From Chiloscyllium plagiosum (lineage: Eukaryota): a DNA stretch of 48,088 nt. Below, piece by piece: positions 1-10,845 of this stretch (position 1 is the first letter of the stretch; each line of letters begins with the position of its first letter). Made by a program: the position numbers and the translations under genes. The stretch covers positions 9,198,700-9,246,787 of the forward strand of contig NC_057718.1 of assembly GCF_004010195.1 (NCBI RefSeq), written 5' to 3'. Below the pieces are notes generated by a model. It saw only the letters and a list, made by a program, of their open reading frames with translations, ran no database searches and was not told where the DNA came from.

Positions 1-308
1 TATCCCAGCAACCAGTCAGTCAAGCCCTGTCAGAACATAGTGTGCTTCAATGATATTCCCTTCTTTTTATTCAGTGAACGTAGGCCTTGCCATCTCATTG
101 CATTCTCATAAGACAATAGAAATATATAGAGAATATATCCAAGAGACAATCTCAGATGGTGCCAAGCTTCTTTATGTTGGAGCTCCTTCAATGTCATTGA
201 ATGCCAAGGGGTGATGGTTGAAATTCCTCTTTGCATGGAAATGGTCATTGCTAGTCACTTGAACGTTACTTGCTTTGCAACCAATGAAGCACTTCTTTAG
301 TGGGGCTT

Positions 309-650
309 GGGGTAGCGTGGTGGCTCAGTGGTTAGCACTGCTGCTTCACAGCACCAGGGACCCAGGTTCGAATCCAGCCTCTGGCAACTTTGTGAGGAGT
401 TTGCACATTCTCCCCGTGTCTGCGTGGTGGGTTTCCTCCGGGTGATCCGGTTTCCTCCCACACTCAAAAGATATTCAGGTCAGGTGAATTGGCCAAGCTA
501 AATTGCCCGATAGTGCTCAGGGATGGTTAGGTGCATTAGTCAGGGGTAAATGTAGGGGAATGGTTTTGGGTGGGATACCCTTCAGAGGGTCGGTGTGGAC
601 TTATTGGGCCAAAGGCCCTGTTTCCACACTGTAGGGATTCTATGGATTCT
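309..650 (+). mobile_element. HE1-type tRNA-derived V-SINE
   Basis: A-box TGGCTCAGTGG, B-box GGTTCGAATCC, V-domain GTGTCTGCGTGG..TTTCCTCCGGGTG, and CR1-like tail GGCCAAAGGCCCTGTTTCCACACTGTAGGGATTCT; seven related copies in the window. Confidence 0.9.
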
Positions 651-841
651 GAAGAATGGTCACCATTGAAATGTAGGAGAACACAGCAGTCAAAGATCTC
701 ACTGTCAGTCGTGAGGTAGTGACCAAATAATCTGTTGGCAGGATTTGGTTGAAAGGTGGACACCGGTCAGGAGGGCTGCTGGAATGCCTTCTCATCTTAG
801 AGATCTACAGCACAGATAAAGGCCCTTTGGCCCATTGAATC

Positions 842-1463
842 TGTGACAATGCTATGGCTGTTAGATATGCATTCTGTCCGTTTTTTGAAGAAAGGTTGTG
901 CCAGAGATGATGGCAGTCTGTCCCAAAGCTAATAAAGTCAACAGCTTGTGAGGCCTTCGGTTTTTTTTAAACTCAGAACAATAGATGCTGCCTGGATGGG
1001 TGGAGTCAAGCTCCCACAGAACCAAGAATTTTAGTTTTAGCTCAGTAGCAGTTGCTGGGATCTTGAAGCTGGGTTTAGGAACTGCAGTGCATCTCTCTCT
1101 GATACTCTCTCTCTCAGAGACTTCTTTAGATGGTTTTCCTCCTGGACTGCGGAAATGTATGTGAAACAATCTATTTTACCGAATTTGCCTTTTGCCATGG
1201 GTGTGTTAATGGGATGTTACTGTACTGTAACAGTTACTGTTTATTAACTAAATCATCTACTACTCCAGTAGAGTTAAGATATTTCCAATTTCTTCTTTCT
1301 TTTGTTGTATTTTAACTATAGTATATGAATAAAGTGTGTTTTGCTTCAAATCTGGTAGTTTGACCAATCAAACTGCATCTAGAATGCCTGTAAAATCCGA
1401 AAATGTTAGGGTCTAAGTTATCGTCTTAACATATGTTGAGGGGGTTTGGTCTGGTTCACAACA
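842..1463 (+). mobile_element. Solo LTR (622 bp), probably Gypsy/ERV-type
   Basis: Begins TGTGA, ends ACA, flanked by 4-bp direct repeat AATC (838-841, 1464-1467); internal AATAAA near 1329; no coding capacity. Confidence 0.7.
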
Positions 1464-1600
1464 AATCAAAACCAAGCACTTGACTACTCTAATCCCAATT
1501 TCGAGCAGTTGACCCATCACCATGTGGGTTTTGACTTGCACATCTAAAACCTGCTTCTCCGATGAACAGCATGGAGGGGGCTCCCACGTTTTCCACAGGC

Positions 1601-1690
1601 AGTGTGTTTATGGGAGGTTACTATATTGGAACATTTATTGTTTAGTAATTAAATAATCTATTGTTCTGTTAAGTTTTCCAATAGAGTTTA
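1601..1690 (+). repeat. Diverged fragment related to the 842-1463 LTR
   Basis: GTGTGTTTATGGGAGGTTACTATATTGGAACA...TAGAGTT resembles 1201-1276. Confidence 0.55.
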
Positions 1691-3953
1691 ATATCAACAC
1701 CCTCCAATGACAGTCTGTCAGCCATGAGGCAAGAGCAGCAAGATTTTGGTGTTGAGTTGCTGGAGGGAGATCCGAACCAGTAACCTTCTTTCTCAGAAGT
1801 AAGTGTGGGACCCAGAGAAACATTTGATTCAGTGAAATGTCCCTGAAGCTGTCAGATTCTAGAGGACACAATGCGAAAACAACAAGCTTGAAGGTTACCT
1901 TTAGCTTCCATATCTTGGAGCGCATTGTGCCTTAACTCCACTTTGTAATAAAAAGCCTATGTCCCCTTGTAACAATAAATCTGCGTCGTGCAACTTCAAA
2001 AACTACCATTTTCTCTTCCAGTGTGTGCTTCGAGAGAATCGACATTGACCCTCTCAATTCCGACAGATCGGTTTCATAGGACCTGTCCAATCAGACACAG
2101 ACACACAGGCACACACACAGACGCACACACATACGCACACACACACAAAGAGACACACGCACACACTCACGCAGACCATCTCATAGAGCCATAGAGTCAT
2201 AGAGATGTACAGCATGGAAACAGACCCTTCAATCCAACCCATCCATGCCGACCAGATATCCCAACCCAATCTAGTCCCACAAGCCAGCACCCGGCCCATA
2301 TCCCTCCAAACCCTTCCTATTCATATACCCATCCAAATGCCTCTTAAATGTTGCAATTGAACCAGCCTCCACCACTTCCTCTGGCAGCTCATTCCATACA
2401 CGTACCACCCTCTGAGTGAAAATGTTGCCCCTTAGGTCTCTTTTATATCTTTCCCCTCTCACCCTAAACCTTTGTCTTTTAGTTCTGGACTCCCCCATCC
2501 CAGGGAAAAGACTTTGTCTATTTACTCTATCCATGCCCCTCATGATTTTGTAAACCTCTATAAGGTCACCCCTCAGCCTCCGACGTTCCAGGGAAAATAG
2601 CCCCAGCCTGTTCAGCCTCTCCCCATAGCTCAAATCCTCCAACTAGGCAACATCCTTGTAAATCTTTTCTGTACCCTTTCAAGTTTCACAACATCTTTCA
2701 GATAGGAAGGAGACCAGAATTGCACGCAATATTCCAACAGTGGCCTAACCAATGTCCTGTACAGCCGCAACATGACCTCCCAACTCCTGTAATCAATACT
2801 CTGACCAATAGAGGAAAGCATGCTTAATGCCTTCTTCACTATCCTATCTACCTGCGATTCCACTTTCAAGGAACTATGAACCTGCACTCCAAGGTCTCTT
2901 TGTTCAGCAACATCCCTAGGACATTACCACTAAGTGTATAAGCCCTGCTAAGATTTGCTTTCCCAAAATGCAGCACCTCACATTTATCTGAATTAAACTC
3001 CATCTGCCACTTCTCAGCCCATTGGCCCAAACTGATCAAGATCCTGTTGTAATCTGAGGTAACCCTCTTCACTGTCCACTACACCTCCAATTTTGGTGTC
3101 ATCTGCAAACTTACTAACTGTACCTCTTATGCTCCCATCCAAATCATTTATGTAAATGACAAAAAGTAGAGGACCCAGCACTGATCCTTGTGGCACTCCA
3201 CTGGTCACAGGCCTCCACTCTGAAAAACAACCCTCCACCACCACTCTCTGTCTTCTACCTTTGAGACAGTTCTGTATCCAAATGACTAGTTCTCCCTGTA
3301 TTCCATGAGATCTAACCTTGCTAATCAGTCTCCCATGGGAAACCTTGTCGAACGCCTTACTGAAGTCCATATAGATCACTGCTCTGCCTTCATCAATCTT
3401 CTTTGTTACTTCATCAAAAAACTCAATCAAGTTTGTGAGACATGATTTCCCATGCACAAAGCCATGTTGACTATCCCAAATCAGTCCTTGACTTTTCAAA
3501 TACATGTACATCCTGTCCCTCAGGATTCCCTCCAACAACTTGCCCACCACCCACATCAGGCTCACTGGTCTATAGTTCCCTGGCTTGTCCTTACAATCCT
3601 TCTTAAACAGTGGCACCACGTTAACCAACCTCCAGTCTTCCGGCACCTCACCTGTGACTATCGATGATACAAATATCTCAGCAAGAGGCCCAGCAATCAC
3701 TTCTCTAGCTTCCCACAGAGTTCTAAGGTACATCTGATCAGGGCCTGGGGATTTATCCACCTTTATGCGTTTCAAGACATCCAGTACTTCCTTCTCTGTA
3801 ATCTGGACATTTTGCAAGCTGTCACCATCTATTTCCCTGCAGTCTATGTTTTCATACCCTTTTCACAGTAAATACTGATGCTAAATATTTGTTTAGTATC
3901 TCCCCCATTTCCTGCGGCTCCACACAAAGGCCGCCTTGTTAATCTTTGAGGGG

Positions 3954-4180
3954 AGAAAGCGAGGACTGCAGATGCTGGAGATCAGAGCTGAAAATGTGTT
4001 GCTGGAAAAGCGCAGCAGGTCAGGCAGCATCCAAGGAACAGGAGAATCGACGTTTTGGGCATGAGCCCTTCTTCAGGAATCACCATTCCTGAAGAAGGGC
4101 TCATGCCCGAAACGTCGATTCTCCTGCTCCTCGGATGCTCGCTGACCTGCTGCGCTTTTCCAGCAACACATTTTCAGCTC
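3954..4180. mobile_element. Non-coding PLE-terminus hairpin insertion (family A)
   Basis: Inverted arms ~3983-4080 / 4085-4180; 14-bp TSD TAATCTTTGAGGGG (3940-3953, 4181-4194); interrupts CR1 ORF2. Confidence 0.9.
4085..4120 (+). ncRNA. Minimal type I hammerhead ribozyme motif
   Basis: ATTC-CTGAAGA-A-GGGC(TCAT)GCCC-GAAAC-GTC^GATT: core, 4-bp stem II, ACGT palindromic stem III, GUC triplet. Confidence 0.8.
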
Positions 4181-5263
4181 TAATCTTTGAGGGGCCCTAT
4201 TCTCTCCCTAGTTACCCTTTTGTCCTAAATGTATTTGTAAAAAGCCTTTTGGTTCTCCTTAATTCTATTTGCCAAAGCTATCTCATGTCCCCTTTTTGCC
4301 CTCCTGATTTCCCTCTTAAGTATACTCCTACTTCCTTTCTACTCTTCTAAGGATTCACTCGATCTATCCTGTCTATAGCTGACATATGCTTCCTTCTTTT
4401 TCTTAATCAAACCCCCAATTTCTTTAGTCATCCATTATTTTCTGTACCTACCAGCCTTCCCTTTCACCCTAGCAGGAATAAAGTGTCTCTGGATTCTTGT
4501 TATCTCATTTCTGAAGGCTTCCCATTTTCCAGCTGTCCCTTTACCTGCAAACATCTGCACCCAATCAGCTTTTGAAAGTTCTTGCCTAATACCATCAAAA
4601 TTGGCCTGTCTCCAATTTAGAACTTCAACTTTTAGATCTGGTCTATCCTTTTCCATCACTATTTTAAATCTAATAGAATTATGGTCGCTGGCCCCAAAAT
4701 GCTCCCCCACTGACACCTCAGTCACCTGCCCTGCCTTATTTCCCAATAGTAAGTCAAGTTTTGCATCTTCTCTGGTAGGTACATCCACATACTGAATGAG
4801 AAAATGTTCTTGTACACACTTAAGAAATTCCTCTTCATCTAAACCCTTAACACTATGGCAGTCCCTGTCTATGTTTGGAAAGTTAAAATCCCCTACCATA
4901 ACTACCCTATTATTCTTACAGATAGCTGAGATCTCCTTACAAGTTTGTTTCTCAATTTCCCTCTNNNNNNNNNNNNNNNNNNNNNNNNNNNNNNNNNNNN
5001 NCAGTCCTGCCCATCTCTGAGCCATGTTTCTGTAATTGCTATGATATCCCAGTCCCATGTTCCTAACCATGCCCTGAGTTCATCTGCCTTCCCTGTTAGG
5101 CCTCTTGCATTGAAATATATGCAGTTTAATTTATCAGTCCTTCCTTTAGTCCTACCTTGTCCCTGCCTGCCCTGACTGTTTGACTCACTTCTGTTCTCAA
5201 CTGTACCAGTCTCAGATTGATCTCTTTCCTCACTATCTCCCTGGGTCCCACCCACCCACCTTT

Positions 5264-6128
5264 CTAGTTTAAATCCTCCTGAGCAGTTCTCGCAAAGCTC
5301 CCTGCCAGTATGTTAGTCCCCTTCCAGTTTAGATGCAATCCTTCTTTCTTGTACAGGTCACGTCTACCCCAAAGGAGATTGCAATGATCCAAAAATGTGA
5401 ATCCTTCTCCCATACACCAGCTCCTCAGCCATGCATTCATCTGCTCTATCCTCCTACTCCTGCCCTCACTAGCTCGTAACACCGGGAGTAATCCAGATAT
5501 TGCTACTCTCGATGACCACCTTTTTAAATTCCTGCCTAACTCTCTGTAATCTCCCTTCAGAATCTCAACCTTTTCCCTTCCTGCACCTTCTCTGAGACAT
5601 CCTTGATCCTGGCACCAGGGAAACAACACACCATTCTGAATTTTCTCTGCTGGCCACAGAAACGTCTGTCTGTACCTCGGACTAGAGAGTGCCCTAATGC
5701 AATTGATCTCTTGGAACCCGGCGTACCCCTTGTTGCATTAGAGCCAGTCTCAATACCAGAAACTTTTGTGCTATGTTCCCCTGAGAATCCATCACCCCTT
5801 ACATTTTCCAAAACAGCATACCTGTTTGAAATGGGTATATCCACAAAAGGCTCCTGCCCTCGGTGCCGACCTCTCTTACTTACCTGGAGTTAACCCATCT
5901 ATGTGACTGTATCTGAGACTTTCCCCCCTTCCTATAACTGCCATCCATCACACACTGTTGCTGTTGCAAATTCCTCATCGCTTCTATCTGTCTCTCCTAC
6001 CAATCCATTCGATCTGATAAGATTCACAACCAACAGCATTTATGGCAGATATAATCCACAGTAACCCTTAAACTCTCTTTAATCTCCCACATCTGATAAG
6101 AAGCGCAAATCACTCTACTAAAGGCCAT
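5264..6128 (-). pseudogene. CR1 ORF1: Cys-rich N-terminus plus SGNH/GDSL esterase-like domain, disrupted
   Basis: ATG at 6128 reads MAFSRVIC..; motifs ALGHSLVRG, VCCFPGARIKDV, EGLHLNWKG. The GTND block seen in the 11041 copy is missing. Confidence 0.8.
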
Positions 6129-6178
6129 TTTTGATCCTTCACAATCTACAGACCCTTATAAGACCCTCTCTTATACTC

Positions 6179-6312
6179 AAGGCATCTGGATGGATATATG
6201 AATAGGAAGGGTTTGGCAGGTGGGTCTAGATTGGGTTGGGATATCTGGTCGGCATGGACAAGTTGGACCGAAGGGCCTGTTTCCGGGCTGTATGTCTCTG
6301 TAACTCTATGCC
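6179..6312 (+). mobile_element. CR1 3' end fragment
   Basis: Matches the 3' end and tail of the other CR1 copies (GGCATCTGGATGG...CTCTATG). Confidence 0.8.
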
Positions 6313-6857
6313 TCTAAGCTCTCTCTCATATGCTCAAACATACAGTTCCACACACACACACACTGTCTCACAAACTTATACCCCTTTCCACTCACACTCA
6401 CACATATCCACACACTCTTTCACAAACACTCATACCCCCAGCCCTGCATGCATGACACACACACATACACACACATATATAGGTTTGTGGGGTGAATTAT
6501 AACTTGCAGAATTACATTTTATTTTGATAAAAAATTGCATGAATCCATGTAAGATTCTTTAAATGCCTTTTTTAGATTAGAATCAGTCTGAACATTGGGG
6601 CACAGACAGCCTCACACAGGGCACCTCACACCTTCAATGCATTATCTGGGCTGACATGGCACCTATTGTTAACGTTCACTTGAGAACGTAACTTTAAAAA
6701 AGTTTTGCGATTTACTTATGAAAGAACTAAAACCAACATTCTAAAATATGAGAGACTTAACAAACAATCCAAGTCTTTTTCGATATATAATTTCAGTTAC
6801 ACCACACTGTAAACTTTTGCTATAAATTCTGTATCTTACAATCTTACACTCCACAAT

Positions 6858-6893
6858 CACCTGATGAAGGAGCAGCCCTCCAAAAGCGAATGT
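6858..6893 (+). ncRNA. Degenerate hammerhead motif (family B) near the PLE 3' end
   Basis: CAC-CTGATGA-AGGAGCAGCCCTCC-AAAAGC; GAAA is mutated. Confidence 0.55.
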
Positions 6894-7655
6894 TTCCAAA
6901 TAAATCTGTTGGACTATAACCTGGTGTTCTCTGATTTTTAACTTTGTCCACTCCAGTTCAACACTGGCACCTCCAAATCATGTCCTATCAGGGATTATGT
7001 GATCCAGGGTTAACAATTAACCTAAAAGCAAAGAACCAAATGCCAAAATTTGATGAAGGTTTCTTTTTCGGTTAGTTCTGTGGATGGAATCTCTTTACCG
7101 TGACCGAAGCTTTTACAAGTTTGGATAAATACCAGGATTTACTTACAATGTAACGAGTACACACAAGTGCAGGAAGTAACGTATTACGTCAGCAATAAAC
7201 ATAATTTAATGCTTTAGTTGGTTTTAAGAGCACACAGTAACAACCTTCACACAATGTTGCATCTTTTGTTCCTGAATTAGAAAGTCGCAGGTTGAGAAAC
7301 ATGCATAAACTGGGTTTATGAGCTGAATTTAAGCCCCAGTGATGGCTGGGGTGGGATTTGAAACCCCATCTCTGGGTCATTACACTGGTTCCCCAGATTG
7401 CGCATTCAGTGATGTTACCACCAGGCCACTACATCTGCCCCCTGCGAGAATAGGGGCAATTTGTCATGGAGTGAACAATAGATCAGAGCGTGGATTTGGA
7501 ATTATAATGTCCTGGGATGGGGTCAGGCCAAGCAGGAAAGGCCAGTGCAGGCCAGCGAGGAGAGTGAAGATGGGTGTTGTAGTGATTGCTGAACTCAGTG
7601 AAGGTTGCGATTTCCAGTAACCAGTTTGGATGGGATGGGGTGATGAGATTCATGA

Positions 7656-8056
7656 GGTAGCAGTAGCTCAGTGGTCAGCACTGCTGTCTCACAATGCCAG
7701 GAACCTGGTTCTATCCCAACCTCAGGGGACTGTCTGTGTGGAGTTTCTACATTCTCCATGTAATTGTGTGGGTTTCCTCCAGGTGCTCCGGTTTCCTCCT
7801 GCAGTCCAAAGGTGTAGAGATTTAGGTGGATTGGCCATGCTAAATTGCCCATTGTATCCAGGGGCGAGTGGTGTTAGGTGGGTTAGCTGTAGTGTCCAGG
7901 GATGTGCAGTGTAGTTGATTCACTTCAGTAAAAAACCCCATGCAGGGTTCTGGGGATGGATGGGTGAGCAGGTCTGGATGGGATGTCCTTTGGAGGCTTG
8001 GTACAGACTCAATGGGCCAAGTGACCTCTTTCTACACTATAGAGATTCTCTGATTC
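7656..8056 (+). mobile_element. HE1-type SINE, older copy
   Basis: Degenerate A/B boxes, V-domain and CR1-type tail. Confidence 0.85.
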
Positions 8057-8619
8057 ACTTGTGTCTGATTAAGCACAGCCTCAGCGTACAGATTCTAGGA
8101 AAGGTGGGGGTAAACCAAACACTCACAAAAGGGGAATTCAATGATTCAGCATTAGTTTAGAGGCAAAACCAATATTTTGCAAGGAGAAATGGAAAAGACA
8201 GAGGCACTGGTGTAGAGAGGCCCCAATGCCTCCTTCCTCCAACAAATCAAGTGTTCTATAATCGTCAGATACAAGCAATTTCCACAACCGTGCATTAGTA
8301 AGAGCTATTCTTCATCATGCAGGATAGCATACCTCTGGGAGCACACTCTTTTAGAAGGACCCCTCACAATAAAGCAATTTTACAGCACAGAACACAAATT
8401 AATTACAGCAGCTTATTTGATATACTTGTAACAACAAGTTAATTTCCAGCATTTGGCAGAATGTGGAGCTGTGACATTTACACACTGTGGTGTCCAGCAG
8501 TTTGTGACTGATGTGGTGTTATAGCCAGCCCATTCTGACAAACAGTTAGCAAAGTGCCAGAAGAACAGAAAGCAAGACCAGTTAAAGGCTGTCAGAGTGA
8601 AATAGAGAGTAACATTAAA

Positions 8620-8812
8620 GTAAAAGACAGTGGGTCTCGGAAATCTGAGATATCAAATTAAAAGTGCTACAAGCATTCAGCAGGTCTGGCAATATCTGGG
8701 GAAAGGGAAAGAAATTAGATATTGGTTGAATAGTTAAATATTTGAATTAGTAACATTGTTTCTCCTCCACAGACACTGCCTTAGCTGCTGAGTATCTCCA
8801 GCATTGTTTGTT
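8620..8812. repeat. Old fold-back element related to PLE termini
   Basis: CAGCAGGTCTGGCAATATCTGGGGAAAG.. mirrored by ..TTTCTCCTCCACAGACACTGCC..GCTGCTGAG; similar remnants at ~9380-9430/10360-10460 and ~41395-41480. Confidence 0.55.
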
Positions 8813-8959
8813 TATGATACAAGTATATTTTACATGCATCTGTACATGTGAGATACAGCACACTCTGTGGAGTATGTCATGTTAGGACGATGTATGAGAT
8901 CTTTATACTCTCAGGTCATCCCACGATGGTAGAATGTTAAATCAATAAAAATCAGAGAG

Positions 8960-9290
8960 TCTGTGATGACCCATGAAATTATTGTTGAATGTTGGAAAAA
9001 TCCACCTGGTTCACTAATGTCCTTGAAGGAAGGAAACTGCTGTTCTTACCTGGTCTGGCCTACATGTGACTCCAGACCCACAGCAATGTCGTTACTCTTA
9101 ACTGCCCTCCAGGCTATTAGGACTACCCAGCAATGCCCACAATCCTATAAATTAATATTTTTAAAAGTCACATTTTTAAAAAAATTCTTTCATGGGATGC
9201 CATGATTTGAACATCTTACCCAGAATATGAGGCTGGAATTCTGGATTACTAATGCAGTAACATTGCCAGCACACCATCTGTCCTCCCCCC
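8960..9290. mobile_element. Second SINE-like family (fragments)
   Basis: Core CCTGGTCTGGCCTACATGTGACTCCAGACCCACAGCAA recurs in reverse at ~18965-19010 and ~21030-21075. Confidence 0.6.
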
Positions 9291-10036
9291 ACCATGCAAT
9301 GTGTATCTCTTACAGCTGCCTTGCTGTCCTTGAGGCATAGTCCAATTGGTTCCTGCAATTAAGAACCTATACTAAACACCAAGAGCACTGGGCAAACTCA
9401 GCCAGTCTGGCAGTGTCAGGGGAGAGAAATAGAGTCATAGAGATGTACAGCGTGGAAACATACTCTTCAGTCCAACCTATCCATGCCGACCGGATATCCC
9501 AACCTAACCTAGTCCCATTTGCCAGCACTTGGCCCAAATCCCTCCAAACCCTTCCTATTCATATACCCATTCAGATGTCTTTTATATATTATACCAGTTA
9601 TTATACCAGCCTCCACCATTTCCTCTGGCAGCTCATTCCATACACGCACCACCCTCTGTATGAAAACGTTGTGCCTTATGTCCCTTTTAAATCTTTCCCC
9701 ACTCACTTTAAACCTATACCATCTAGTTTTAGACTCCATTATCCTAGGGAAAAGACCTTGGTTATTCACCCTATTCATGCCCTTCATGATTTTATAAACG
9801 TCTCTAACGTCACCTCTCAGCCTCCGACACTCCAGGGAAAGCAACCCCAGTTTATTCAGCCTCTCTCTATAGCTCAAAAAAGTCCAACCCTGGCAACATC
9901 CTTGTAAATCTTTTCTGAATCCTTTCAAGTTTCACAACATCTTTCCTAAATCACGGAACCACAAGTGAATGCAGTAGCCCAAACGTGGTCTAACCAATGT
10001 CATGTACAGCTGGAACATGACCTCCCACTCCTATAT

Positions 10037-10277
10037 GGAGAAAGTGAGGTCTGCAGATGCTGGAGATCAAAGTTGAAACTTTATTGCTGGAACAGCACAG
10101 CAGGTCAGGCAGCATCCAGGGAACAGGAGATTCGACGTTTCGGGCACAGGCCCTTCTTCAGGAATGAGCAGGGCATGCCTGCTCATTCCTGAAGAAGGGC
10201 CTGTGCCCGAAACGTCGAATCTCCTGTTCCCTGGATGCTGCCTGACCTGCTGTGCTGTTCCAGCAATAAAGTTTCAA
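10037..10277. mobile_element. Non-coding PLE-terminus hairpin insertion (family A), very young
   Basis: Perfect 102-bp inverted repeat 10071-10172 / 10178-10279; 15-bp TSD CTCCCACTCCTATAT (10022-10036, 10278-10292). Confidence 0.93.
10185..10220 (+). ncRNA. Minimal hammerhead ribozyme, intact (mirror copy on minus strand at 10130-10165)
   Basis: ATTC-CTGAAGA-A-GGGC(CTGT)GCCC-GAAAC-GTC^GAAT; stem I ATTC/GAAT is fully paired. Confidence 0.85.
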
Positions 10278-10599
10278 CTCCCACTCCTATATTCCACGCA
10301 CTGACCAATAGAGGCAAGCATACCAAACACCTTCTTCAGTATCCTGGCTACCTGCAACTTAACGCATTGAGTCCCATATAACTCCTATCCAGTTCATGTT
10401 AGTTTGACAGCATTCTCTGGGTTTATTTCAGGTGTCCAGCATTCGCAGTAACTGGCCTTTATTCGAGATTGAGACTATATTGTCTGGAGTTTCGAAAAAA
10501 GTGAGGTGATCTTATTGAGATACACAAGAATGTGAAGAGGTGTGTTAACTACATACTGAAAGGCTGCTTTCCCCAGCAAGGGATCTCAGACACAGGCAC

Positions 10600-10845
10600 A
10601 TACACTCAGCGTAAGTCTTGACAGAGCATTATAGATTTCTATACTACCTCCCTCATTTTCTAAACTCCAGTGAGTATAGTTCTAACCAATCCAGTCTCTC
10701 TTCATCCATCAGTCCGTCCATCCCAGGTATCAGTCTGGTAAATCTCTGTTGCACTCCCTCCACTGTCAGAACATCCTTCCTCAGGTAAGGAGACCAAAAC
10801 TGCACACAATATTCCAAAGCCAAGACCCTGTACAATTGAAGCAAG
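10600..10845 (-). mobile_element. Old CR1 RT C-terminal fragment
   Basis: LEYCVQFWSPYLRKD..QRFTRLIPG. Confidence 0.8.

Larger units (their letters stand above)
2271..5150 (-). pseudogene. CR1 ORF2: apurinic endonuclease plus reverse transcriptase, frameshifted
   Basis: Motifs [69 protein letters not shown] across several ORF-track pieces. Confidence 0.93.
2183..6157 (-). mobile_element. Near full-length CR1 (HER1-like) LINE, degenerate
   Basis: (CTCTATGA)n-type 3' tail at ~2183; ORF2 (APE plus RT) and ORF1 in the expected order; several frameshifts. Confidence 0.95.
2095..6980 (+). mobile_element. Penelope-like element 3' region (CA-rich UTR plus terminus), split by nested CR1 insertions
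   Basis: ~6480-6940 is the reverse complement of ~42131-42600, which is linked to a GIY-YIG ORF. CA-rich tracts at 2095-2182 and 6320-6480. Near-perfect 11-bp TSD TGTCCAATCAG (2084-2094) / TGTCCTATCAG (6981-6991). Confidence 0.75.
9428..10358 (-). mobile_element. CR1 3' fragment, 5'-truncated
   Basis: RRLRGDV...VRVWNELP ORF and CTCTATGACTCT tail; carries the hairpin insert at 10037-10277. Confidence 0.9.

Noticed and set aside
2183..6157. An active, intact autonomous retroelement
   Set aside because: Every LINE and PLE coding region in the window has frameshifts, stops, deletions or insertions.
2007..9352. Two phase-compatible minus-strand candidate exons (9314-9352, 2007-2082) giving NQLDYASRTARQLSYETDLSELRGSMSILSKHTLEEKM
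   Set aside because: I do not recognise the peptide. The second acceptor lies in the PLE TSD and its upstream tract comes from the insertion. The reconstructed pre-insertion sequence has stops in all frames from the next acceptor. RNA-seq or tBLASTn would be needed.
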